This document shows, one piece after another, positions 38,410 to 48,357 of a DNA stretch of 64,000 nucleotides. The DNA is from Trueperaceae bacterium. Its GTDB lineage: Bacteria > Deinococcota > Deinococci > Deinococcales > Trueperaceae. Position numbers and translations under genes: made by a program. The stretch is taken from NCBI GenBank assembly GCA_965213925.1, contig CBDCAM010000001.1, positions 1 through 64,000 on the forward strand, given 5' to 3'. The notes under the pieces are model-generated. The model did not search any database. It was not told where the DNA came from and was given only the letters and a program-made list of their open reading frames with translations. The first letter of the stretch is position 1. Each line of letters opens with the position of its first letter.

Positions 38410-38685
38410 GTGCAGAAGCAGTTGATTGGGCGTCCTCAGCTGTTGCGAGACTTGGACTACCGGGCAGTGCTCGAGTCTATAGCTGCGCACGGCTCGCAGT
38501 CGCGTGTCGAGGTTGCCAAGCGTCTCACCTTGAGTCAACCCTCAGTGTCCCGAATAGCCGACGCTCTCCTCCAAGCTAATTTAATTGAAGGTAAACGTAT
38601 CGCTTCAAAGGAACGTATCGCTTCAAAGGTAGGTCGAAGGCAAGTTTTACTTAGGCGTAGTAAATATCGCTGTGGTTTGTGCTGA
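38410..38685 (+). pseudogene. ROK-family repressor, HTH-only remnant
   Basis: SRVEVA..L.LSQPSVSRI...L and GRR..LL; sugar-binding domain absent; 18-bp duplication at 38594-38629. Confidence 0.72.
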
Positions 38686-38799
38686 TCGTGCTGTGATGCT
38701 AAGCGCCGAAGACATGTTCACTTTAGGTGGAAGGCTTCAGCACTTTCTATTCACTCACCCCAATCCACTTTATCTTAAGCTTAAGGAAAGGCTGGACCC

Positions 38800-39783
38800 A
38801 TGACCACCTTTATCATAAAACGTGTAGCCTTAATGATTCCCACCTTATTTGTTATTTCACTCATTTCATTTGTCATTATGCAGGCACCTCCAGGCGACTA
38901 CTTAACCTCTTACATGGCTCAACTGGCTGCGGGAGGTGAAACGGTGGAGCGGAGTGAACTAGACGCCCTGCGTAAACGTTACGGACTCGATAAGCCCTGG
39001 TACGTGCAGTACTACCGCTGGATCACCAATTTCTTGCAAGGCGACTTCGGGTTTTCGTTCGAGTGGAACCGTCCTGTCAATCAACTTATCGGTCAGCGGC
39101 TTATGCTTACCATTATCATCTCGGTTACCACCCTGCTTTTTACCTGGATTGTGGCGCTTGCTATCGGGGTATTTTCAGCCGTTAAGCAGTACTCATTCTT
39201 TGACCACTTTTTTACCACCTTGGGGTTCTTAGGCTTAGCCACCCCGAACTTTATGCTGGCGCTGATTCTCCTGTATGTTTCGTTCGCGTATTTCGGGCAA
39301 AGCGTAGGTGGCTTGTACTCGCCCGATATGGTCGACGCCCCCTGGAGTTGGGCAAAGGTGCTCGACCTGCTTTCGCACATGTGGATTCCTGTCGTCGTTA
39401 TTGGGACGGCCGGCACAGCTGGGCTGATGCGCATCATGCGCGCCAACCTGCTCGACGAATTAAAAAAGCCCTATGTGGTAACGGCTCGAGCCAAAGGTGT
39501 ACCGGCCTGGCGAGCCCTGTTTAAATATCCTTTTCGGGTCGCTATCAACCCGTTCTTAAGCACCATCGGCTGGTTGCTGCCAGCACTAATCTCGGGTGAG
39601 ATTATTGTCTCCGTCGTGCTTAGCTTACAGACAACCGGCCCGCTGTACTTGCGCGCCCTGCAAAATCAGGACATGTTTTTAGCGGGTAGTTTTCTCATGT
39701 TTCTGGCTACCCTTACGGTCATTGGGACTTTGCTTTCGGACCTTCTGCTCGCCTGGGTCGATCCGCGGGTTCGCTATGATTAG
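38800..39783 (+). CDS. ABC permease (OppB-like)
   Basis: GDFGFS, YVVTARAKG and DPRVR motifs. Confidence 0.92.
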   Translation: MTTFIIKRVALMIPTLFVISLISFVIMQAPPGDYLTSYMAQLAAGGETVERSELDALRKRYGLDKPWYVQYYRWITNFLQGDFGFSFEWNRPVNQLIGQRLMLTIIISVTTLLFTWIVALAIGVFSAVKQYSFFDHFFTTLGFLGLATPNFMLALILLYVSFAYFGQSVGGLYSPDMVDAPWSWAKVLDLLSHMWIPVVVIGTAGTAGLMRIMRANLLDELKKPYVVTARAKGVPAWRALFKYPFRVAINPFLSTIGWLLPALISGEIIVSVVLSLQTTGPLYLRALQNQDMFLAGSFLMFLATLTVIGTLLSDLLLAWVDPRVRYD

Positions 39784-39809
39784 GTCGCACCATGCCTGGC
39801 AGGTAGATA

Positions 39810-40940
39810 ATGATTAAAGCGCGTAGTGAAACTCCTGAAACCGTTGCCGAGGTTGAGACTAGGTCGAGTGTTGCCACTACCTCACAGCGGCAGCTTATCT
39901 GGCGCAAGTTCCGCAAGCATAAACTGGCTGTCGCCAGCCTCATGGTGCTGGCGCTGTTTTATACCATCGGGCTGTTTGCAGAATTCCTGGCTCCCAACGA
40001 CCCGCTGGAAAACCAGGCAACGCTGCCGGGCGCGCCACCTCAGCAGGTCCGCATCTTTGAAGAGGGCAGGCTTCAGTGGCCCTATGTCTACGGTTACCAG
40101 GCCACGATGAATATCGAAACGATGCGCCGAACCTTTGAAAGCGACCCGGACCAGAGATTCCGCTTGGGTCTATTCGTAAAAACAGACCCTTATAAGATGT
40201 GGAACCTTGTCACGCTGAACCGAAAGTTTGTGGGTGTTGTCGGCGAAGGTTACGTTTACTTTTTAGGTACGGACCGACTCGGTCGAGGCATGCTTTCACG
40301 CATTATTTATGGCATGCGTATTTCGCTGTCGATAGGTTTGGTGGGCGTGCTGCTGAGTTTTTTTCTCGGGCTCTTGATTGGGGGTATTTCGGGTCTGGTA
40401 GGGGGCGTAGTGGACAGTATGATACAGCGCCTTATCGAAATTATCATGGCCTTTCCTACGATACCGCTGTGGATGGCGCTGGCCGCCGCCTTGCCGCGCG
40501 ACTGGCCGCAACTGTGGGTCTTTTTCGGCATTACCATTATTCTTTCGCTTATCGGCTGGACCGACTTAGCTCGAGTGGTGCGCGGAAAATTTTTGTCGCT
40601 TCGTGACGATGATTACGTCGTTGCCGCACGGCTGGCTGGCGGGGGTCACGGCTGGGTCATTCGAAAACACCTGCTGCCCGCATTTACCAGCCACATTATC
40701 GCTTCTCTCACCCTATCCATCCCCGGCATGATTTTGGCGGAGACGGCGCTCTCGTTTCTGGGCTTGGGTTTGCAGCAACCGATTATCAGTTGGGGTGTTT
40801 TGTTGCAAGAGGCGCAAAACATTCGCAGTGTAGCCCTTATGCCTTGGGTCTTTTCCCCTGTTTTCTTCGTCATTGTTGCGGTGCTGGCCTTTAACTTTGT
40901 CGGCGACGGTATGCGCGATGCGGCGGATCCCTATGGCTAA
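39810..40940 (+). CDS. ABC permease (OppC-like)
   Basis: GTDRLGR, ETALSFLGLG and GDGMRDAADP motifs. Confidence 0.92.
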   Translation: MIKARSETPETVAEVETRSSVATTSQRQLIWRKFRKHKLAVASLMVLALFYTIGLFAEFLAPNDPLENQATLPGAPPQQVRIFEEGRLQWPYVYGYQATMNIETMRRTFESDPDQRFRLGLFVKTDPYKMWNLVTLNRKFVGVVGEGYVYFLGTDRLGRGMLSRIIYGMRISLSIGLVGVLLSFFLGLLIGGISGLVGGVVDSMIQRLIEIIMAFPTIPLWMALAAALPRDWPQLWVFFGITIILSLIGWTDLARVVRGKFLSLRDDDYVVAARLAGGGHGWVIRKHLLPAFTSHIIASLTLSIPGMILAETALSFLGLGLQQPIISWGVLLQEAQNIRSVALMPWVFSPVFFVIVAVLAFNFVGDGMRDAADPYG

Positions 40941-42105
40941 ACTCCAGACGAACAAGCTAGAAATGGCCGGGTCCGAAATGGCTGGGTCTAAAATGACTGG
41001 GTCTAAAATGACTGGGTCTAAAATGACCGGGGCCAAAATAGCTGGCTCCAACATGTCTGAGCTTAAGGGCGAAGACTTGCCCGCCGAGACGTTGCTTGAA
41101 GTCAAAGACCTCAAAACTTATTTTCACACCGACGACGGTGTTGTGCGGGCGGTTGACGGGGTCGACTTAAAAGTCGCGCGCGGTAAGACGCTGGGGATTG
41201 TGGGCGAGAGCGGCTGCGGCAAGACTGTTTTCTCGCGCTCTGTTATGCGCATCGTCGACGAGCCGCCTGCCCAAATCAGTGGTGAGATTCTCTTGCGCCG
41301 CGAAGCTGGTGGGGTGACGAATTTAGCCGCCTTTGACGTCAACGCCCGCGAACTGCGCCACATACGGGGTCGTGAGATTGCCATGATCTTTCAGGAGCCC
41401 ATGAGCTCTTTCAGTCCCATCCACACGATCGGCAACCAGATTATGGAAGCCCTGCAGGTGCATGAACGCGTTTCGCGTCAAGAAGCTCGAGAGCGAGCCA
41501 CCGAGATGATTGGCACGGTGGGTATCCCGCAACCCGCCCAGCGCTTTAACGCTTATCCCTTTGAACTCTCAGGGGGTATGCGGCAACGCGCCATGATCGC
41601 TATGGCCCTTATGTGCCACCCTGCTTTGCTCATCGCCGACGAGCCGACCACCGCGCTGGACGTTACGGTCGAGGCGGCCATCCTAAAACTTTTGAAGTCG
41701 TTGCAAGAGCAACTGGGTATGACGATTATGATAATTACCCATGACCTCGGCGTCATAGCCAAGGTCGCCGACGATGTCGCTGTCATGTATTTGGGAAAAG
41801 TGGTCGAGCAGGGCAGTGTAGAGGCTATCTTTAACAGTCCCCAACATCCTTATACGCAAGCGCTGCTGCGCTCTATGCCGCGCCTCGAGACTAGGCAAGA
41901 CAGGCTCGAGTCCATCAAAGGCAGCGTCCCCGACCCCTATACGGTCCTGCCGGGCTGCACCTTCTTTCCACGCTGCGGCGAGGCGCAGCCGGGGCTTTGC
42001 GATGTGACGGTCCCAGAACTCGTCGAGGTTGAAGCGGACCACTGGGCGCGCTGTCTGCTAAGAGAGGAGAGAGAGGAGGCGGCAGGTGACCGAGTCCCAG
42101 ATTGA
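40933..42105 (+). CDS. ABC ATPase (OppD-like)
   Basis: GESGCGKT, LSGGMRQR and IADEPTTALD motifs; C-terminal Cys cluster. Confidence 0.93.
   Translation: MAKLQTNKLEMAGSEMAGSKMTGSKMTGSKMTGAKIAGSNMSELKGEDLPAETLLEVKDLKTYFHTDDGVVRAVDGVDLKVARGKTLGIVGESGCGKTVFSRSVMRIVDEPPAQISGEILLRREAGGVTNLAAFDVNARELRHIRGREIAMIFQEPMSSFSPIHTIGNQIMEALQVHERVSRQEARERATEMIGTVGIPQPAQRFNAYPFELSGGMRQRAMIAMALMCHPALLIADEPTTALDVTVEAAILKLLKSLQEQLGMTIMIITHDLGVIAKVADDVAVMYLGKVVEQGSVEAIFNSPQHPYTQALLRSMPRLETRQDRLESIKGSVPDPYTVLPGCTFFPRCGEAQPGLCDVTVPELVEVEADHWARCLLREEREEAAGDRVPD
40963..41052 (+). repeat. 15-bp degenerate coding repeat x6 (M[AT]GSK)
   Basis: ATGACTGGGTCTAAA-like units. Confidence 0.88.
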
Positions 42106-43138
42106 TGTAGAGCACGCCGACACCGTCCTTACAGTGACAAACCTCAAAAAACATTTTCCTGTTCGCAAAGGGCTCTTACGCCGTGTGGTGGCGCATGTTA
42201 AAGCCGTCGACGGCGTTTCTTTCCGGGTAGAGGCAGCTGAGACGCTGGCCTTAGTGGGAGAGAGCGGCTGTGGCAAGACCACTACGGGCCGCCTGGTGTT
42301 ACGCGCTCACGTTCCCACGGCAGGGCAGATTGTTATCCGCGACGGGGAGCACGTCTGGAAGATGCACGAACTCGAGGGGGCAGACTTACGGGCGGCGCGC
42401 CGCAGTGCTCAGATGATCTTCCAAGACCCTTCTCATTCTTTAAGTCCTCGCATGACGGTGCTCGATATCATCAGCGAGCCCCTTATTTTGAATGGCGTAA
42501 GGAGAAGCCGTGCGCGTCAAAAACGGGTGCGCGAACTGATGGACGTGGTCGGTCTACCGCAAGACTATCTGCGACGTTACCCCCACGCCTTTTCAGGGGG
42601 TCAGCGGCAGCGCATCGGCATCGCTCGAGCGTTGGCGTTGCAGCCCAAACTCATTGTCGCTGACGAGCCGGTATCGGCTCTCGACGTGTCGATCCAGGCC
42701 CAGATTTTGAACCTGCTCAAAGACCTTCAGACGGAGTTCGGCTTGAGCTTTTTGTTTATTTCTCACGACCTTCGGGTGGTCGCTCACATCAGCACTCGAG
42801 TGGCGGTGATGTATGTAGGGCACATCGTTGAGATAGGTCCTACAGAAGAGCTTTTTGCCAAGCCTGCTCATCCTTATACGGAAGCGCTCTTCTCAGCTAT
42901 TCCCCAGCCCACGCCCAATGCGCTCAGCAAAGAAATCGTCCTTGGGGGTGAGGTCGCCGACCCCATCAATCCGCCGCCTGGTTGCATTTTTCATCCGCGT
43001 TGCCCCTACGCCACCGATATTTGCTACCGGGAAGTACCAAAACTGGAGAAGGTCGAGACGAGTAGCGGGTCGCACTGGGTCGCCTGTCATTTGGCAGCTG
43101 AACTCGACCTTCAAGGTGCGGGGCCACCACCCTCATGA
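42086..43138 (+). CDS. ABC ATPase (OppF-like)
   Basis: GESGCGKT, FSGGQRQR and DEPVSALD motifs. Confidence 0.93.
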   Translation: MTESQIDVEHADTVLTVTNLKKHFPVRKGLLRRVVAHVKAVDGVSFRVEAAETLALVGESGCGKTTTGRLVLRAHVPTAGQIVIRDGEHVWKMHELEGADLRAARRSAQMIFQDPSHSLSPRMTVLDIISEPLILNGVRRSRARQKRVRELMDVVGLPQDYLRRYPHAFSGGQRQRIGIARALALQPKLIVADEPVSALDVSIQAQILNLLKDLQTEFGLSFLFISHDLRVVAHISTRVAVMYVGHIVEIGPTEELFAKPAHPYTEALFSAIPQPTPNALSKEIVLGGEVADPINPPPGCIFHPRCPYATDICYREVPKLEKVETSSGSHWVACHLAAELDLQGAGPPPS

Positions 43139-43222
43139 AAGGAGGTGATTACCGGCTTACCGAGCAGCTGAAAAGAAGCTAAAGTCCGAGGGCCACCTTA
43201 AAAACTCTTGAAGGGAGTAGGT

Positions 43223-45103
43223 ATGAAACGCACTTTTTTAAGCTTAGTAGGACTTTTTGCCCTGACTTTTACGCTGGCTTTTGCCCAGTACGATGAGGCA
43301 CCCATGTTGGCCGAGCGGGTCGCCGCCGGCGACTTGCCGCCTGTAGAGGAGCGTTTGCCGACAAACCCTATGGTGGTTGAGCCCCTCGAGCAAGTCGGCG
43401 AGTACGGCGGCACCCTGAGACGCGCTCTGACGGGAGTATCTGACGCACAAGGCTGGCTGACGATTTCCAGGGCGTCGCTTATCGAATGGGACATCGGCAC
43501 CTCTGAACCCGTTCCCGCCCTGGCTGAATCCTGGGAAGTCAGCGAGGACGGCACGACCTATACCTTCCATCTCCGCGAGGGTTTGAAGTGGTCGGATGGT
43601 CAGCCTTTTACGGCTGATGATCTGGTCTTTTTCTATGAATCCGTAGCGAGCAACAAGGAGCTTTCGCCTAGTTTTCCGGGCTGGCTTATGGTTGCCGGGG
43701 AGCCCGTGATTATCAGCAAAATCGATGACACCACGGTCGAGTTTAGATTTGCCGCTCCCTACTCACTCTTGCCCGCCCTGCTGGCTTTTCGTGGCCGCGA
43801 GATTCTTACGCCTGCACACTACCTAAGCCAGTTCCATCCTGACTTTACCGATGAAGCGACGCTCAGTCAGATGGTGGCGAACGAGGGCTTTGACGAGTGG
43901 TTTCAACTTTTCCTAGCAAAAGACGATGACTACTTAAACACCGACATTCCGGTTATGCGAGCTTGGCAGATTACTCAGGCTTTCCCTGAAGACCGAATGG
44001 TTGCCGAGCGCAACCCTTATTACTGGAAGGTCGACACCGAGGGCAACCAGTTGCCCTACATCGACTTTGTCACCGCCGACCTTCTTTCCGACGCCCAGGT
44101 GATTACCCTGCGGGCGGCCAGCGGCGACATCGATTTACAGTACCGTCACATTGGCTTTAGCGACGCAGCGCTGCTTATTGATGGTCAGGAAGCTGGAAAC
44201 TACACCATAGAGCGCTGGGTTCCCGGCGGCGACGCCTTCGGTTTGAACATGAACCAAAGTCACAAAGACCCCGTCATTCGTGAGCTGATGCAAACGGCGG
44301 AATTCCGCCAGGCGCTTTCGCAGGCCATCGACCGCAACGAAATGAACGCGTTGCTGTTTAATGGTATAGGCACTTTAAGTCAAGTCATTCCCTCTTCCGG
44401 TGACCCTTACTACATCGAAGGCAGTGGGCAGCGCTGGCTCGAGTACGACCCCGAGCTTGCCAACGAACTTTTAGACGGCATCGGCCTGGATCAGCGGGAC
44501 GCCGAGGGCTACCGTTTGCGTCCTGACGGCGAACGCTTGAGTTTGACCATCCTCACCTTTCCCTTCGAGACGGGTGCAGCCTCGGGTGACGCCTACGAAC
44601 TGATAGCCCAATACTGGCAGGACGTCGGCGTTGACGCCCGTATGGACCTGGTCGAGCGCTCTCTTTGGACGGAACGCATGACGGCTGGGGACCAGGATGT
44701 CGGCGGCTACGGCTCTGCAGGCACGCTCTGGGAAATTGATCCGCTCTGGTTTGTTCCGACCAGGGACCTCTCTTACTGGGCGACTCTGTTCGGAATCTGG
44801 TACGAAACCCAGGGCGCGGAAGGCGAAGAGCCGCCCCCTGATTTGCGCCGTCTTCAGGAACTTTACGATGAGATGGTCGTCACTGTGGACCCAGAAAAGA
44901 GGCTCGAGCTTGGGCGAGAGATTGTGAGAGCCCACGACGAGAACGTGTGGATTATCGGCACCTTGCGGCTTCCGTTTCAGCCCGTAGTGGTTAGTAACGA
45001 CCTGATAAACGTGGTTGAGCAGGGTACGGCCGACTACCGCTTGCTGCACGAGGGTCAGACCTGGTTCGAGCAACTGGCTTTCGAAAATCCTGAGGAACAT
45101 TAA
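43223..45103 (+). CDS. ABC substrate-binding protein, family 5, paralog of 25883-27814
   Basis: Signal peptide ending AFA-Q; LPPVEERLP and ERNPYYWKVD.EGNQLPYID motifs. Confidence 0.92.
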   Translation: MKRTFLSLVGLFALTFTLAFAQYDEAPMLAERVAAGDLPPVEERLPTNPMVVEPLEQVGEYGGTLRRALTGVSDAQGWLTISRASLIEWDIGTSEPVPALAESWEVSEDGTTYTFHLREGLKWSDGQPFTADDLVFFYESVASNKELSPSFPGWLMVAGEPVIISKIDDTTVEFRFAAPYSLLPALLAFRGREILTPAHYLSQFHPDFTDEATLSQMVANEGFDEWFQLFLAKDDDYLNTDIPVMRAWQITQAFPEDRMVAERNPYYWKVDTEGNQLPYIDFVTADLLSDAQVITLRAASGDIDLQYRHIGFSDAALLIDGQEAGNYTIERWVPGGDAFGLNMNQSHKDPVIRELMQTAEFRQALSQAIDRNEMNALLFNGIGTLSQVIPSSGDPYYIEGSGQRWLEYDPELANELLDGIGLDQRDAEGYRLRPDGERLSLTILTFPFETGAASGDAYELIAQYWQDVGVDARMDLVERSLWTERMTAGDQDVGGYGSAGTLWEIDPLWFVPTRDLSYWATLFGIWYETQGAEGEEPPPDLRRLQELYDEMVVTVDPEKRLELGREIVRAHDENVWIIGTLRLPFQPVVVSNDLINVVEQGTADYRLLHEGQTWFEQLAFENPEEH

Positions 45104-45116
45104 CTCAAAAACACAG

Positions 45117-45138
45117 GAGGGTAGCGTAAGCTACCCTC
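45117..45138 (+). other. 9-bp stem-loop with GTAA tetraloop 3' of the binding-protein gene
   Basis: GAGGGTAGC-GTAA-GCTACCCTC. Confidence 0.72.
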
Positions 45139-45184
45139 TAAAGTGGAGCTTTAAGTCAGCAGACTCGCTACTGAGAGGCAGATT

Positions 45185-46489
45185 ATGAATAGGATTAGTG
45201 CGGGCTGGGCAACGTGTGACATTACCCCTGAACCGGGTCTACCTCTTGGCGGTCGCGGTCCGAGGCTTACCCCTGCCCGTAAGGTGCTCGAGCCGCTCAC
45301 CGCGCAAGTCCTCATCCTCGAGGACGCGAAGGGGTTTCGCACGCTGTGGCTGTCGCTCGACCTCATCGGCATGTCGCCCGAGGCAGGTTTGGCGTTGCGC
45401 TGGCAACTAAGTGCAGCCTGCGCAGTTCCGCTAGAGGCGGTTATCATCAACTTCTCACACACCCACAGCGGGCCTATGATTAACCTTGGCCTTGCTGCAA
45501 CGCTGGTCGAAAAACCTGACTCGATAAGTAGCTATCACGCCTGGCTCACCGACAGGATGTGTGAACTCGCCAGGGAAGCCGCCGACGATATGAAGGCGGT
45601 TGAGGTGCGGCGTTATAGTGGCACCTCTCGTATTGGGATAAACCGCCGTCTTCAAACAGAAGCAGGTATGGAAATGCGTCCCAACGAACGTGGGGTCTAC
45701 CATGAAGAGCTGTGGGTTCTAGAGCTTAAGGGAGACAAGGAGCGCTGTCTGGTTTTTTCACATGGCTGTCACCCTGTTATTGTCTACGGCTACGCTTTAG
45801 ACGCTATCTCGGGCGAATACCCTGCCTTTTGTCGCAAAGCATTGCGCGCTGAGCTGGGCGAAGAGGTTCACTGCCAGTTTATCCAGGGGGCAGCGGGAAA
45901 CGTGCGCCCGCGCATCTTAGCAGACTTAGAAACCAAGCGCTTTCGAAAAGCTCAGCCAGGCGACGCTGAAGCTGTCGGTCAGGACTTAGCCAGAGACGTG
46001 CTTTTGGCCCTAGAAAATGAGGGTGAAGGTCTCGAACTCGACCTGAAGGTGGCAACAGGGTCTTTTTTGCTTCATCGCAGAGAAGGACCAGACGCATCTC
46101 ACTGGGAAAGCGAGCTTGAAAGCCAGGAAGAATTGAAAAAACAGCGCGCAGCCTACTGGTTGGCCCACCCCGTGCAAGCTCTGGCTACGCCCTGGTCGAT
46201 GGGTCTTTTGCAACTTACACATGAACACTGGATTGCATTTTGTGGTGGCGAGGTGGTCGCTGAATGGGTTGAATTGCTCAAGAATTACCTCGACAAACCC
46301 AGCCTGGTCGTTTGGGGTTACTGCAACGACTGCGAAACCTACTTACCTACGGACGCTCTTCTCGAGGAAGGGGGATATGAGGTCGCGGGGTGCGCGCCGA
46401 ATACGCGCACCGGACCGGGGGTTTTCAAGCCGGGTATCGACGAGGCGTTGCGGGAGCGGGTCCAAAGTCTGGCGTTGGAGTTCAACTAA
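45185..46489 (+). CDS. Neutral/alkaline ceramidase-like metallo-amidase
   Basis: DITP, SHTHSGP, NRR, CHP, QGAAGN and EGGYE motifs. Confidence 0.75.
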   Translation: MNRISAGWATCDITPEPGLPLGGRGPRLTPARKVLEPLTAQVLILEDAKGFRTLWLSLDLIGMSPEAGLALRWQLSAACAVPLEAVIINFSHTHSGPMINLGLAATLVEKPDSISSYHAWLTDRMCELAREAADDMKAVEVRRYSGTSRIGINRRLQTEAGMEMRPNERGVYHEELWVLELKGDKERCLVFSHGCHPVIVYGYALDAISGEYPAFCRKALRAELGEEVHCQFIQGAAGNVRPRILADLETKRFRKAQPGDAEAVGQDLARDVLLALENEGEGLELDLKVATGSFLLHRREGPDASHWESELESQEELKKQRAAYWLAHPVQALATPWSMGLLQLTHEHWIAFCGGEVVAEWVELLKNYLDKPSLVVWGYCNDCETYLPTDALLEEGGYEVAGCAPNTRTGPGVFKPGIDEALRERVQSLALEFN

Positions 46490-46543
46490 ACCTTTTGAGT
46501 GCCCCTTAGTCGGCACTAAGCACCAAAAGGAGTCACTGTCACT

Positions 46544-47344
46544 ATGTCAAACGGCAAAACGGTAAGTACCGGTGAAGAGTTTCAACACTTCTGGGACACA
46601 CCCCAAAACATCCTGCTGACAGGCGAGTGCGTACCCTTCGACTTTGAAGTTCCAGCCCTGGAGGAAATTGTCGACGCGGTTCGCCGCGACGAGCACGCGC
46701 GCATAACCAATTTTTTACCGGGTTTCGCACATGAATCCGATCATGAGGATTTTGCAAAAGACTTTCGCAACGCTCCTCTCGCTGAAGCTATGAAGATGCC
46801 TTTTCACATGCGCCACTTCAACCTCGACCGTTTTTACGGTAAAGGTCAGCTTTTAGAAGGCTTTGTCGACGGGGTGCTCCGACCCTGGCAGGCGTTTTTG
46901 GCTCGCAACGGCTTCACCTGGTACCGCCTTTATCCCACCTTTTTTATGTCGGGCGGCGGCAAGAAAGGGAGTCACTACCACATGGACGTGTCTTACGTAC
47001 TCGCCTGGCAGCTTCACGGTACCAAGATTTTCAACGGCCTTAAAGAGCCAAGTCGCTGGGCGCCTATCCACAAAGCCACTACGCCGGATTTTCGCAAACA
47101 GGAGCAAACCAGGAGTACCCCCCCTGAAGGTATCGGCGAAGACGACGTCCTCAGCTACCGCATGGGACCGGGTGCGGTGCTGTGGAACAAGTTGCTGACG
47201 CCCCATTGGGTGGAAACGGGCGACGACTCGGCAGCTTGTAGCCTCAATATCTCGCACGGCGGCGTGCGCCACCACGGCCAGCTTTGTCCCAACGGGCGCT
47301 ACCTCGAGGCCTACTGGCAAGAGCACAACCAAGCTCGTTTTTAA
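46544..47344 (+). CDS. JmjC/cupin-like Fe/2OG-type protein
   Basis: YHMD...WQLHGTK...GPG..L...PHWV facial triad; AAGGAG RBS. Confidence 0.72.
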   Translation: MSNGKTVSTGEEFQHFWDTPQNILLTGECVPFDFEVPALEEIVDAVRRDEHARITNFLPGFAHESDHEDFAKDFRNAPLAEAMKMPFHMRHFNLDRFYGKGQLLEGFVDGVLRPWQAFLARNGFTWYRLYPTFFMSGGGKKGSHYHMDVSYVLAWQLHGTKIFNGLKEPSRWAPIHKATTPDFRKQEQTRSTPPEGIGEDDVLSYRMGPGAVLWNKLLTPHWVETGDDSAACSLNISHGGVRHHGQLCPNGRYLEAYWQEHNQARF

Positions 47345-47345
47345 G

Positions 47346-48281
47346 ATGGGCGGTGAGGGAGCTTGGAGCTTCGTCCACGTGAGCGACATCCAGGTGGGCT
47401 CGCCGCGCTCTTTTCGCTTTGCCCCGGCCTGGAACGAAAACTGGCGCACGGCGCGGCGGCAAATCATAGCCCAGCACCCCGACTTGCTGCTGGTGGGGGG
47501 TGACCTCACCCGTGACGGCACCCTCCACGACTTTGAACTAGGGGCGGTGCGCGACGACTTAGCGGCACTGCCTATGCCTCACCATGCCATTCCGGGCAAT
47601 ATGGATGTGGGTAACAAGCACGCCTCACGGCAGGGGGCCTTTGACAACCGTGACGACGTTACGCTCAATACGAGTTCAGTTCAGTTGCAGCGTTTCGCCC
47701 GTTACTTTGGCGACTTTCCCTGGACGTTCGTTCATAAGAACGTTCGTTTCTCAGGTATCTACGCGGCGTTAGCGGGCTCGAGCTTGCCCGAGGAAGAAAC
47801 GCTTTGGCGATGGCTCGAGTTGCTGGCTAACTTGCCTAAACCCGACCATCACGTGCTTATGATGCACTACGCCCTTTTTATCGACGCGCTGGACGAAGCC
47901 GAGTTCGATATGACCTCTCCTGAGGAGTATCACGCCTGGTACTTCAGTATCGACCATGCGTATCGGCAGCGGCTGCTCGACGCCTTTATAGCGGCGGGGG
48001 TGGATACCGTTATAAGCGGTCACATTCACTGTCGGAAGCCCGCACAGGTGCAAAGCGGTATAACTTTTTATAAAGCACCGGCCACTTGCTCTTCGCAATT
48101 CACTGAGCGTTGGTCGGATGGCGACCCCCACTTAGGCTTCTTGTGTTTCGAGGTGCGGAGCGACTGCCTCGAGGCGTCTTTTATCCCCCTCGCATCTACC
48201 TCTTCAGCCCCGGGTTACGGCCCTGGCGGTCATCCCAAACCCGAGGCGCGCAACTATACGCTGGCCTGGGAAAAACCGTGA
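47346..48281 (+). CDS. Calcineurin-like metallophosphoesterase
   Basis: SDIQ, GGDL, PGNMD, MH and SGHIH motifs. Confidence 0.82.
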   Translation: MGGEGAWSFVHVSDIQVGSPRSFRFAPAWNENWRTARRQIIAQHPDLLLVGGDLTRDGTLHDFELGAVRDDLAALPMPHHAIPGNMDVGNKHASRQGAFDNRDDVTLNTSSVQLQRFARYFGDFPWTFVHKNVRFSGIYAALAGSSLPEEETLWRWLELLANLPKPDHHVLMMHYALFIDALDEAEFDMTSPEEYHAWYFSIDHAYRQRLLDAFIAAGVDTVISGHIHCRKPAQVQSGITFYKAPATCSSQFTERWSDGDPHLGFLCFEVRSDCLEASFIPLASTSSAPGYGPGGHPKPEARNYTLAWEKP

Positions 48282-48357
48282 AGCCTTTCTCAAAAGCCCA
48301 CCCCATTTCTCGCCGGGATGCACGACCCCCCGCACAAGCTAAAGAAAGCGAACCCTT

